Assembly (NCBI GenBank): GCA_965116485.1
Contig: OZ220692.1
Coordinates: 3,250,134 to 3,314,133 of the forward strand
Reading direction: 5' to 3'
DNA: 64,000 bases
From: Acidimicrobiales bacterium
GTDB taxonomy: Bacteria; Actinomycetota; Acidimicrobiia; Acidimicrobiales; Aldehydirespiratoraceae
The translations under genes were made by a program, and so were the position numbers. Position 1 is the stretch's first letter, and every line of letters begins with the position of its first letter. This document shows positions 39,369 to 49,124 of the stretch, piece by piece. The notes below the pieces were generated by a model. That model saw only the letters and a program-made list of their open reading frames with translations. It had not been told where the DNA came from and ran no database searches.

Positions 39369-42300
39369 GTGAGCGAATCAGACGGTGGGGGCCTGTTCAT
39401 CGTCGACAACAGCGTCTCGGGCTGGACGGGGCTGGAGTATCTCCGCCAATGGAGCGACTTGGCCCGGTCGTTCGACATCGCGACGGGGTTCTTCGAAATT
39501 GGGGCTCTGCTTGCACTTGATGGCGACTGGCAGAAACTTGAGAAGATCCGCTTGCTGATGGGCGACGAGGTGTCGCTTCGCACCAAGGCGGTGTTCACGG
39601 AAGCGCTCCGGAAACGTGTAGGCCGGCTCAACGACAGTTTGGAGCGAGAAAAGGGGCCTAATCCGTTCCTTGAGGGTGTCGCGGCGGTGGTTGAGGCGAT
39701 TGCTGAAGGGCGGATCGAGTGCCGCGTGTACCGGCGCGACAAGTTCCACGCGAAGACCTACATCACCCACGCCAAGTTCGATGTCGTCGGTGCACAGGCC
39801 TTGGTCGGTTCCAGCAACTTCACCAACCCAGGGCTCACTCAGAACATTGAGTTGAACATTCAGGTCCAGAGTGGGCGCGAAGTGGCCCAGCTCCAAGATT
39901 GGTTCGACACGCACTGGGCCGATGGGGAGGACGTAACGGCCGATGTGTTACGCACAATTCAGCGACATACGGCTGAGTATTCGCCGTTTGACGTGTACGC
40001 CAAAGCACTGCACGAGTTCTTCCGCGGCCGTGAGTTGACGGCCGGTGAGTGGGACGAATCTCATTCAAAGATGTTCGGACATCTCGATCGCTACCAGCAC
40101 GAGGCTTACTGGTCGTTGATGAAAATTGCCCGTCGTTACGGCGGTGCTTTCTTATGCGACGGCGTGGGTCTCGGTAAGACCTTCGTAGGACTGATGCTGA
40201 TTGAACGGTTGGTGTTGCATGAGAACAAGAGGGTGGTGTTGTTCGCTCCGAAAGCAGCTCGTGAGGGGGTGTGGGAACCCCATCTGCAGCGTTGGCTTCC
40301 CCACATAGGCGGGGTCGGCGGTGGTGCCGACTTCTCTAGCCTGAGCGTGTTCAGCCATACCGACTTAGGGCGTGGCGGCGACTTTCCTATGAGGTTTGAG
40401 CGCATCACAGATCTCGCTGACGCGGTGATAGTCGATGAAGCCCACCATTTTCGCAATCGGGGAAGTCGCGGCAATCCCAGCAACGGCTCCGACATCGTGC
40501 AGGGCACCGATGATTCCCAAGACCGTCGTTCTCGTTACTACCGGCTCTACGACATGCTGGACAGCTCCCAGCGCTCAAAGATGCTGTTCTTGTTGACAGC
40601 CACACCGGTCAATAACCGGCTCGCTGATTTCCGCCACATGACCGAGTTGTTCACCCGCGGCGACGAAGCCTTCTTTTCTGACAGTCTTGGAGTAAACAAC
40701 CTTTCGGCACACTTCAACGTTAAGGAACGTGCCCTACAGAGTTCTCTCAGAAGCAGTGATCCGGACGAGAGTTCCGAGCGCGCCGGTTCGATTCTCTCCG
40801 AGGGGATGACTCCTGAGGCTCGTGATGCGCTAGCGGCAGATGAGGTGTTCAGCGCGCTGGTAGTGCAACGCAGCCGCTCCTACGCCAAAGCCAGTCAGAT
40901 TCAGGAGCGAGGCGAGTCGGCTGCGTTCCCCGAGCGCAAGTCTCCTCGGGTTGCGGATTATTCGATCAGATCTTCCTACGGACAGGTTCTCGAAATGTTC
41001 GAGACGGCATTCCAACGCCAGCAGCCGCTCTTCTCGCTGGCTATGTATTATCCGCTCGCCCACTACATCGGTCCTGATGACATCAACCCGCTTGAGGAAA
41101 ACCGCCAGCGCCAAGTGGTTGGGCTTATTCGCACAATGTTCTTGAAGCGGTTTGAGAGCTCGGTCTACGCGTTCGAGAAATCACTCGATCGACTGCTGCG
41201 CAAGTTGCTGGCTTTCGCGGTTGTCCATTGTGAGCCGGGAGCAGAACAGGATCGCCTCGACATCTGGAAGCGTCAGCACGCGGAAGTAATCGGTTATCGC
41301 CCCGAGGTCCAGTTGGAGCTCGACCTGACCGATGCGGAGACCGATGACGAAGATGCCGACGAGGATGTGGTGCCTCAGGAACTGTTGGAGGCGGTGACCG
41401 ATCTCGACCGCGCCGACTACGACGTAGCGGCGATCCTTGAGAAGACGTTTGAGGACCTTGACGAGATTGTCAGGTTCCAAGCTGCCATTAGTCAGATCAC
41501 GCCCGATCAAGACGACAAGGTGCGCAAACTCATCCGATTACTGAGCACGAAGGACCTAGCAAATCGCAAGGTGCTTGTGTTTACCGAGTTTGCGGACACA
41601 GCTCGTTATGTGGAGTCGCGGCTCGTTGCCGCTGGAGTGACTGGACTCGCCCGAATCGACGGTGGGTCAACGGCGGATCGCGCTGATGTAATCCGTCGGT
41701 TCTCGCCTTACTACAACGGCACCAACACGGAGGAATTGCGCAATCGAGGGCAGGACGAGATCCGGGTACTGATCTCTACAGATGTGCTCTCCGAAGGTCT
41801 CAATCTCCAGGACGCCACACGATTGGTCAACTACGACCTTCATTGGAATCCGGTCCGGTTGATGCAAAGAATCGGCCGTGTGGACCGTCGCATGAGCCCT
41901 GAGATTGAACGGTGTCTAACCGAGGACCACCCTGAGTCAGCCGCCGACCGGGGCACGGTACGGTACTGGAACTTCCTTCCGCCAGAAGACCTTGAACGAA
42001 TACTGAAGCTATACGAGCGGGTCACCGGCAAGACTCTGCTCATCTCAAGCACGCTGGGCATTGAGGGTCGCAAGCTGCTTCGCCCTGATGACGACTACGA
42101 CCCGTTACGAGAGTTCAACGCCAACTACGAGGGCACCCGGACGACCGTGGAGGAGATGCATCTGGAGTACCAAGCACTACTCCAGCGCAATCCCGATCTA
42201 CCCGAGCGTCTTGACGGATTGCCTGGTTCGGTCTTCTCCGGCCGCAAGCAGCTCGCAAAGGGTCTACGCGGCGTTTTCTTCTGCTATTCCCTCCCTGCTC

Positions 42301-42578
42301 TTGACTCTGACCGCGGCGCTTTCACGCTGGAGGCCGGCCCCACTCGTTGGTACCTGTACGACTTGGACGACGACACGATTATCGAATCTCCTAATGAGAT
42401 AGTCGCGAGCATTCGTTCCAAACCCAATACCCCTCGTCGCTGTTCTACCGCACGCGGGACCTTAACGGAGGTCCGCGATAAGGTCGCGCGCCATCTGCGT
42501 AACACCTACCTCAAACAGGTCAACGCCCCCATTGACGCCCCAGATCCCGCTTTGCGCTGCTGGATGGAACTGAACTGA
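39369..42578 (+). CDS. PLD-family (HKD) nuclease domain fused to an SNF2-family helicase
   Basis: 1069 aa. N-terminal FHAKTYITHA...LVGSSNFTNPGL. Helicase motifs LCDGVGLGKT, VIVDEAHHFRN, LLTATPVNN, then STDVLSEGLNLQD and LHWNPVRLMQRIGRVDR. Confidence 0.9.
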   Translation: MSESDGGGLFIVDNSVSGWTGLEYLRQWSDLARSFDIATGFFEIGALLALDGDWQKLEKIRLLMGDEVSLRTKAVFTEALRKRVGRLNDSLEREKGPNPFLEGVAAVVEAIAEGRIECRVYRRDKFHAKTYITHAKFDVVGAQALVGSSNFTNPGLTQNIELNIQVQSGREVAQLQDWFDTHWADGEDVTADVLRTIQRHTAEYSPFDVYAKALHEFFRGRELTAGEWDESHSKMFGHLDRYQHEAYWSLMKIARRYGGAFLCDGVGLGKTFVGLMLIERLVLHENKRVVLFAPKAAREGVWEPHLQRWLPHIGGVGGGADFSSLSVFSHTDLGRGGDFPMRFERITDLADAVIVDEAHHFRNRGSRGNPSNGSDIVQGTDDSQDRRSRYYRLYDMLDSSQRSKMLFLLTATPVNNRLADFRHMTELFTRGDEAFFSDSLGVNNLSAHFNVKERALQSSLRSSDPDESSERAGSILSEGMTPEARDALAADEVFSALVVQRSRSYAKASQIQERGESAAFPERKSPRVADYSIRSSYGQVLEMFETAFQRQQPLFSLAMYYPLAHYIGPDDINPLEENRQRQVVGLIRTMFLKRFESSVYAFEKSLDRLLRKLLAFAVVHCEPGAEQDRLDIWKRQHAEVIGYRPEVQLELDLTDAETDDEDADEDVVPQELLEAVTDLDRADYDVAAILEKTFEDLDEIVRFQAAISQITPDQDDKVRKLIRLLSTKDLANRKVLVFTEFADTARYVESRLVAAGVTGLARIDGGSTADRADVIRRFSPYYNGTNTEELRNRGQDEIRVLISTDVLSEGLNLQDATRLVNYDLHWNPVRLMQRIGRVDRRMSPEIERCLTEDHPESAADRGTVRYWNFLPPEDLERILKLYERVTGKTLLISSTLGIEGRKLLRPDDDYDPLREFNANYEGTRTTVEEMHLEYQALLQRNPDLPERLDGLPGSVFSGRKQLAKGLRGVFFCYSLPALDSDRGAFTLEAGPTRWYLYDLDDDTIIESPNEIVASIRSKPNTPRRCSTARGTLTEVRDKVARHLRNTYLKQVNAPIDAPDPALRCWMELN

Positions 42579-45500
42579 TGAAGGGCCCGATCCAGTCCAA
42601 CCACGACGAATTCTTGCGTAATATCCGCACGTTCTCAGATGTCTGCGAGTACTTCGTTGACGAACTCGGGTGGCCGCTTGACGCATCGGCTCTTGAGGAC
42701 GAGAGTCTGAGTGACATCACCTTCGATTGGCACCCCAGCGAATTGGGTATCCCAGAAGAGCGGCTCAAGGACCTTAACCGGTTCCAACAGATGCGACCAT
42801 TGGCCACAGGCCAGCCATGGGGTGTGTTCTTCCTGGAGTTCGTCGGGCCGAAGTTACCCAGGACGCAAATCCGTCGGTTGCTGCTCGCGCTTGTTCAACG
42901 AAAACGCCAAACTCCGAATCCGGCACTACCGACCTGGGGACTTGATGACCTGTTGTTTGTGGTGCTGACCGGGGATGGTGACTCCTTAGAGGTGCATCTG
43001 CTCGCTTTCCGCGGCAGAACCCCTGGGTCGGCGGATTTCTTTTCGCTGTCGTGGCGCCCGGCACAGTCGCCAAATGCTCATCTAGGCCGCCTCCGCAACG
43101 AATTGTTGCCCAATCTGGCGTGGCCTCAAGACGTTGACGCCGAATCGTGGAGGACAGCCTGGCGAGAGGCATTCAAGTTACCGGTCGGCCAAGTAATCAA
43201 GGACTCGGCGCGCCTTGCCGAAAGAATGGCCAAGACCGCCCGCGATTTGAGAGACCAGATTCTTGACGAGCTTGGCAGAGAGCGAGCTCGGGAAGGTCGT
43301 CGGCAAGGAGACAACAGCAACAACATCGACGCCGACCTCTTGAACGGCGGTCGAATCACCACGGCACCGTTCTCTGGGTTGATGGGAGACATCAAATCGC
43401 AGCTTGTCGGCGACATCACTCGTGAGAGCTTTGCCGACATGTGCGCTCAGACTCTCGTGTACGGAACCTTGAGCAGCAGGGTGTCCAACCCTGAAGACTT
43501 TGGGTCTTCGCCTGTCTTTTCGACGATTCCGCTCGGTAACCCGTTTCTTGAAGCCTTCTTTGAGCAGGTCCACGATCAAGCCGTGGAACTCGATCTACCC
43601 GGTAGTGACCTTCCTCAACTGGTCGCCGACTTGCGGGAGACCAACATCGAGCACATTCTCGACCAGATCGGTTCTACAGCCAAGGGCGGTGACCCGGTCA
43701 TTCACTTTTACGAGGACTTTCTTAAGCAGTACGACCGGGAGATGCGTGCCGACGCCGGTGCTTTCTACACACCGCAACCTGCAGTGGAGTTCATCGTCCG
43801 CATGGTTGACGAACTACTGCGATCCCGATTCGGCCTGCCGCTGGGGTTGGCCGACGACGCCACATGGCAGGAGGTGGCCCAACACAACGATTTCGAAGTG
43901 CCAGAAGGTGTCGATCCTGCCAAGCCCTTTGTGTCGATGATTGATCCGGCCACCGGGACCGGGACGTTCCTAGTGGAGTGGCTACGCCGAGCTCAGATCT
44001 CTTACGAGCGGGCACAGAGTTCCAACAATTGGCCGAAGCACCTGCGTGAGCAGGTCCTAGGGTCGATGCACGCGTTCGAACTGATGCTTGCGCCATACAC
44101 CATTGCCCACCTCAAAGTCGCGCTCGAGTTGCACCAAGCAGGCGTTACCGATGGTGACACCTGTATTCGGATACTGCTCACCGACACGCTGGAGCACGCT
44201 GCCCGTCAAGGGCAATTCGAAACGATGAGCGACCCCGTTGCGGAAGAAGGCGAACGGGCCGCCAACCTCAAGGACAGTGAACGATTTACCGTTGTCATCG
44301 GAAACCCACCATGGGACCGCGAGCAGCAATCGGCAGAGGACACGGGAAAACGCAAGGGAGGTGTCGTCCGTCATGGAACCGGCGGAGTCGACGCGCTCCT
44401 CAAAGCCATGACGGAGCCCATGAAGACCGCGGGTCTCGGCCAACACATCAAGAATCTCTACAACGATTACGTCTATTTTTGGCGTTGGGCCACATGGCAG
44501 GCCACCGAAATGCCACCGGGCCCAGGAATTGTCGCACTTATCACGGCTTCGTCCTTTTTGGACGGAATTTCCATGTCTGGAGTACGTCACCATCTGCGGA
44601 ACGCCTTCGATTGTCTGTGGATTGTCGACTTAGGCGGAGATGGACGCGGCGCGCTCGCGGAAGAGAACATCTTCGACATTCAGACCCCAGTGGCTATAGC
44701 CATTGGAGTGCGCACTGGATTGCAGAGCAGCAACGAATGCAGGGTCCGTTACCTTAGGGTCGCCGGTACCCGACCCGAGAAGCTCGACCGCTTACGCCAA
44801 ATCAGCCTTGATGACATAACGGACAAGATCTCCGGTGATGGTTTTGACGTATTAACGCCTCGCAGCGACAGCCAGTACTACGACTGGCCCGAAATCGCCG
44901 AGTTATTTCCCTGGAGTCACTCTGGATGCCAACTAAAGCGGACATGGCCCATTGCCGAGAACCGGAACATCTTGGAAAAGCGGTGGCGCAAGTTGCTTGG
45001 CACCGTCCCCCGGCAACGTAAACCGCTGCTCAAAGAGACGAGGGACCGAAAGATTGAAACCACCCCTTTACCACTGCTGCGCTCTGGACCTCGACTGCAA
45101 CCGCTTGATCGCCTTGATCGGGACGACCAACCTGAAGGCCTAGAGAGATACGGATACCGTAGCTTCGATCGACAGTGGATGATTGCCGACAATCGTCTAG
45201 CCGACTTTCCGAGGCCTAACCTTTGGCGGCACCGTGGCTCACACCAGGTGTTCTTGACAACCCTGACCTCAACCAAGTTGGGACACGGCCCAGTGCTCAC
45301 CGCCACGCCCTACGTGCCAGACCTCCACTACTTCCGCGGTTCTTTTGGTGCCAAGAACGTTATGCCGCTCTATCGCGACGCGGCCGCTAACGAACCCAAC
45401 GCCACTCAGGACCTTCTCGCCACACTGAGCACGAAACTAGGCACCGAGATCACCGCCCAAGAGTTGTTTGCTTACGTTTACGCCCTAGGTGCCACATCCG

Positions 45501-46069
45501 CTTTCAGCGAGCGATTCGACGATGTGCTCGCCGAGCAGGCCGGACCCATCCATGTTCCGATCACCGCAGAAACTATCCTCTTCGAGCAGGCGGTTACACT
45601 CGGACGCGATCTTCTCTGGTGGCATACCTGGGGTGAACGCTTTCGTCCCGCCCGCCAAGCCCGTCTCCCAGATGGCCAAGCGACTGAAATCGAAGCTGTA
45701 GACGGACTGCCGGAATCGTTCGGCTACGACTCTGGTGCCCACGAGCTCAAGGTGGGCACCGGTGTCTTCGGCCCTGTGAGCCAAGAGGCTTGGGATTTCG
45801 AAGTATCCGGCCTGAGGGTCCTGCACTCCTGGCTCAGCTACAGAAAGAAGACCCGCAAAGGTAGAAAGTCCAGCCCACTAGACGATATCCGACCCACCCG
45901 CTGGACTCAGACCAACGAACTGCTCCTACTCCTATCCATCATTGAGCACACAATCGAGGTCACCCCCAAAGCCGCCGAACTCCTCGCCGAGATCGTCTCA
46001 GGCCCCCTGATCCCCGCCTCCGAACTCCCCACCCCCACCCCCGCCAACCGCAAACCCCCAAGGCAGTGA
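42578..46069 (+). CDS. Large N6-adenine DNA methyltransferase with a Type ISP-like C-terminal (specificity) region
   Basis: 1163 aa with GAFYTPQPAVEFIV, DPATGTGTFL and VIGNPPWD (motif IV). The C-terminal WDFEVSGLRVLHSWLSYRKK resembles the Type ISP C-terminal domain. The start overlaps the helicase stop (TGATG). Confidence 0.88.
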   Translation: MKGPIQSNHDEFLRNIRTFSDVCEYFVDELGWPLDASALEDESLSDITFDWHPSELGIPEERLKDLNRFQQMRPLATGQPWGVFFLEFVGPKLPRTQIRRLLLALVQRKRQTPNPALPTWGLDDLLFVVLTGDGDSLEVHLLAFRGRTPGSADFFSLSWRPAQSPNAHLGRLRNELLPNLAWPQDVDAESWRTAWREAFKLPVGQVIKDSARLAERMAKTARDLRDQILDELGRERAREGRRQGDNSNNIDADLLNGGRITTAPFSGLMGDIKSQLVGDITRESFADMCAQTLVYGTLSSRVSNPEDFGSSPVFSTIPLGNPFLEAFFEQVHDQAVELDLPGSDLPQLVADLRETNIEHILDQIGSTAKGGDPVIHFYEDFLKQYDREMRADAGAFYTPQPAVEFIVRMVDELLRSRFGLPLGLADDATWQEVAQHNDFEVPEGVDPAKPFVSMIDPATGTGTFLVEWLRRAQISYERAQSSNNWPKHLREQVLGSMHAFELMLAPYTIAHLKVALELHQAGVTDGDTCIRILLTDTLEHAARQGQFETMSDPVAEEGERAANLKDSERFTVVIGNPPWDREQQSAEDTGKRKGGVVRHGTGGVDALLKAMTEPMKTAGLGQHIKNLYNDYVYFWRWATWQATEMPPGPGIVALITASSFLDGISMSGVRHHLRNAFDCLWIVDLGGDGRGALAEENIFDIQTPVAIAIGVRTGLQSSNECRVRYLRVAGTRPEKLDRLRQISLDDITDKISGDGFDVLTPRSDSQYYDWPEIAELFPWSHSGCQLKRTWPIAENRNILEKRWRKLLGTVPRQRKPLLKETRDRKIETTPLPLLRSGPRLQPLDRLDRDDQPEGLERYGYRSFDRQWMIADNRLADFPRPNLWRHRGSHQVFLTTLTSTKLGHGPVLTATPYVPDLHYFRGSFGAKNVMPLYRDAAANEPNATQDLLATLSTKLGTEITAQELFAYVYALGATSAFSERFDDVLAEQAGPIHVPITAETILFEQAVTLGRDLLWWHTWGERFRPARQARLPDGQATEIEAVDGLPESFGYDSGAHELKVGTGVFGPVSQEAWDFEVSGLRVLHSWLSYRKKTRKGRKSSPLDDIRPTRWTQTNELLLLLSIIEHTIEVTPKAAELLAEIVSGPLIPASELPTPTPANRKPPRQ

Positions 46070-46256
46070 TGAATCAAGGAGGATCTGCTCACACGCTGAG
46101 AACTGCATCACGAAACACCGGGACACACTTGAGTCGGTTCCAAAACATGTCCAAAAGGACATCCGAGTCTGGCTCCAGACATTCTGCGTTAGCCGCTACA
46201 CCGCGTCGAGCGCCGATCAAGATTGATTCTTGCTCTGGCGACTTGAACTTTGAGCC

Positions 46257-49049
46257 ATGCGCGTAAGTGAACAACAAAAGATTGGCAAAGACGGCGAGCA
46301 CGCGGTTATCGGCCATTTTCGAAAGATTGGCTGGGAGCCAAGCTACGACAAGTCTTACGATGTGGGCACCGATTTTTTTGTTCACGCGCTCGACCCTGAG
46401 CGATTCGATCTTGGCGTCCAGCTCGGCGTGCAGGTCAAAACCGGATCTAGCTACTTCAGGGACAAGGTTATCCAAGGCGATGAACTCATTGGTTGGTGGT
46501 ACTACGAATCCAACACTCGCCATTTCGACCATTGGTCACAGCACAGTGTTCCGCACCTGCTTGTTCTACACGACCTTAGTAGCGAGACCTCACACTGGGT
46601 TCACGTCACTGAGGAGGCGCTCGTCTCCACTGGAAAGGGATGCAAGATCCTCGTACCAGCGGGACAAACGATAGACGAAGCCCACCGTGACGATATCCTT
46701 GTTGTGGCTTACAAGCGACCGACCTACGAACTGGAGGGGTCGGCGCTCGCGGGTGAAGCCCGCGACATCCCGCAGGAACATCGACTTCGTCATGCACTAG
46801 TTGCGCCCAGATTAGTCGTGCCACACCGTAACTCAGGCTTCCGAGACGAGATTGATGCCGTCCAAGCAGTCGCTCTTTTGACACAAGGTAGATTCCGCGA
46901 TCTCAAGCAATTCGCCAAGCAGCATCAATCCGTTCCCGACCCAGAAAGTACCAACCCGGATCCAGATTGGACCTGGCGGTTCGTCGCGGCGATATGGGAT
47001 TGGGCGCAAAATGACTCCATTACCCAGCTGAAGGACGCATTCGAATCCGCGCTCGAAAATAGATCCACGGTGGCAAGTGGCATTTTTCTAGCCTGCGCCC
47101 TCCAGCGGATTGAGCAATACGACGAAGCACTCGAAGTACTCGACAAGTTGGTAGCGATCGAAGGTCTCGAATCCGCCGACTACGGATGGGCTCTCGTTCA
47201 GCGAGCACGAACGAGGACCGAGGTTGGCGATAGAGACGGATGCCGCACCGACGCAACCACCGCGAAGAACTGTCTTGAGGCCACCAAGAAAGACGTAACC
47301 GTGTCTGCGTTCGCCGCTGCCGCTTCATCGCAACTCTTTGCTTTCAAAGAGCCCCGAAGCCTAAACGAGAGCGACTTCCGGGGACTGCTGGCAGCCGCCG
47401 ACCACACCGTCTCATGGTGGCGATCTCTGACTATCTCGTGGGCGCTAAGTGACTCAGTCGATTCACAGTTCAAAGCTTGGACCGAAAACCGATCACACGT
47501 TTGGATTAGCGAGGACAGGGAGGCTCTCAACCTATTTTCCGCCGAGCTCATGGCAGATCTCGCGGGCGAACACACTACATGGCGAGCGACATCAGCACTT
47601 GGAGCACGACAAAAACTCATTCGCGCCGCGACCTCCGAAGACGAACAAGCACAGCTAACCGAAGGGCTTGACACTCTCCGCCGCAGCGGAGACAACCAGT
47701 CCCTCAGGGCGGCCATCACCCATCTCCATCGGGTTGGCCCAATCAAACCGGTAGCAACAGCCATAGAAAAAGTCCCGCTGAATGGATGGACTCACACGAC
47801 CGCGGCTGCGAATTTCGAGGCTCTAGCGCAGGCTGGCGACCTTCTGAATGAGCAAGTTGCTAGTGAATTTCTTATTTGGAGCGCACGGATCGCTGCTGGG
47901 GATTCTGCGGAGTTCATAATTCTCGTCCGACCGATGTTCGCTGTCGAACACTACGCACTCAAAGCAGTGGCGCGCCTTCTGCCAGCGGCCGGTCCACCCG
48001 CGCATCGCGAACTTGCCAGCATTCTTTCTGCCCTACCAACCCCAACTCCAGATTCCCTAGTTCAAGATCTCGCGGCCATTGTCGAAGACCTCGGATTCGA
48101 CCTCATCGCAGAATCCGAGCGTGAGGGACTCTGGGCACTATGCGAACGAGATCAAGGGCCGGTTGGGAATGCCACACTCGGCTGGTTCGCATCTAATGGC
48201 AACCTGCATGCCCGTACTCAATTGAAAGCGCGCTCCGTAGGCGGTGATCTCGACGCGTTATCAACCCTTGGCGACGTTACCGCACTGGACACCTCGGAGG
48301 CTGCAGTCCTTATCCCCCACGTTGAGAGAATGGTTGCCGCTGGGTTATCCGACGCTCGAAACCACAAATACTCTCTCGGCGGTTTCGACGTAACCGAGAT
48401 ACTGACTCTATTGAACTTGTGGTTCCCCGACCAAGCAAGTTGGGATACCGTACTTTCACTGCTTAGCGAGCCCCTCGTGTCCACACGTGGCAAGCGCCGA
48501 ACCTGTTATCTCATATCAAGACTATCCACACGGCTACCTGAAGACGTTCAATCACACCTCAGGTCGAACATTGAGGACATACAGTCCGCCACTCCATTTT
48601 TTGGAGGAGAACCAGGAATCGGTGGAACGGGCCTCATGCTCGCTATCGCTACAGGTGCAATCGGCGAAGAGGCCGCCACCGTCGAGGCCATGAAACTCGC
48701 ATCAGGGTCTCCCCGGGATCGCTGCGATCTCGCTCGATTGCTAGGACTGGGTCAATGTTCACAAATCCAATCCATCTTGGCAGCACTTGTGGGCGACGGC
48801 CACTTTGAGGTGCGGCGTGTCGCAACCACCGCTCTTGGACAAATCGTATGCAATGACTCGAACACGTCACTGCACGATCTTGTGTGGGACATTGCGAACA
48901 AAGACGGCACTGACCTGCCCGTCGCGCTCCTAGTCGGCTTGGCTCGGGGTGAGGCACCACTGCCCGAGATCGGTTCAGAGATAGTGCAACAGCTTAAGCA
49001 CCATCGATCAGCGCTGGTAAGAGGTTACGCTAATCGCCTCTTGCGTTAG
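46257..49049 (+). CDS. DUF4365-like PD-(D/E)xK nuclease domain fused to a ~750-aa helical-repeat (TPR/HEAT-like) region
   Basis: 930 aa. N-terminal IGKDGEHAVIGHFRKIGWE...YDVGTDFFVH...LGVQVKTGSSYF. C-terminal HEAT-like HFEVRRVATTALGQI and HHRSALVRGYANRLL. I saw no P-loop. Confidence 0.7.
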   Translation: MRVSEQQKIGKDGEHAVIGHFRKIGWEPSYDKSYDVGTDFFVHALDPERFDLGVQLGVQVKTGSSYFRDKVIQGDELIGWWYYESNTRHFDHWSQHSVPHLLVLHDLSSETSHWVHVTEEALVSTGKGCKILVPAGQTIDEAHRDDILVVAYKRPTYELEGSALAGEARDIPQEHRLRHALVAPRLVVPHRNSGFRDEIDAVQAVALLTQGRFRDLKQFAKQHQSVPDPESTNPDPDWTWRFVAAIWDWAQNDSITQLKDAFESALENRSTVASGIFLACALQRIEQYDEALEVLDKLVAIEGLESADYGWALVQRARTRTEVGDRDGCRTDATTAKNCLEATKKDVTVSAFAAAASSQLFAFKEPRSLNESDFRGLLAAADHTVSWWRSLTISWALSDSVDSQFKAWTENRSHVWISEDREALNLFSAELMADLAGEHTTWRATSALGARQKLIRAATSEDEQAQLTEGLDTLRRSGDNQSLRAAITHLHRVGPIKPVATAIEKVPLNGWTHTTAAANFEALAQAGDLLNEQVASEFLIWSARIAAGDSAEFIILVRPMFAVEHYALKAVARLLPAAGPPAHRELASILSALPTPTPDSLVQDLAAIVEDLGFDLIAESEREGLWALCERDQGPVGNATLGWFASNGNLHARTQLKARSVGGDLDALSTLGDVTALDTSEAAVLIPHVERMVAAGLSDARNHKYSLGGFDVTEILTLLNLWFPDQASWDTVLSLLSEPLVSTRGKRRTCYLISRLSTRLPEDVQSHLRSNIEDIQSATPFFGGEPGIGGTGLMLAIATGAIGEEAATVEAMKLASGSPRDRCDLARLLGLGQCSQIQSILAALVGDGHFEVRRVATTALGQIVCNDSNTSLHDLVWDIANKDGTDLPVALLVGLARGEAPLPEIGSEIVQQLKHHRSALVRGYANRLLR

Positions 49050-49124
49050 AATTCTCGCACTGCGACGACTCGGAACGAGCTGGGAAACTCATTCCTTCGC
49101 AACTTGGTGTCCATTCGTACCCAG

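Noticed and set aside
46089-46532. 147-aa minus-strand ORF at the start of the DUF4365-like gene.
   Set aside because: It is antisense to the conserved N-terminal nuclease-like domain and runs into the intergenic region. There is no supporting motif or RBS.
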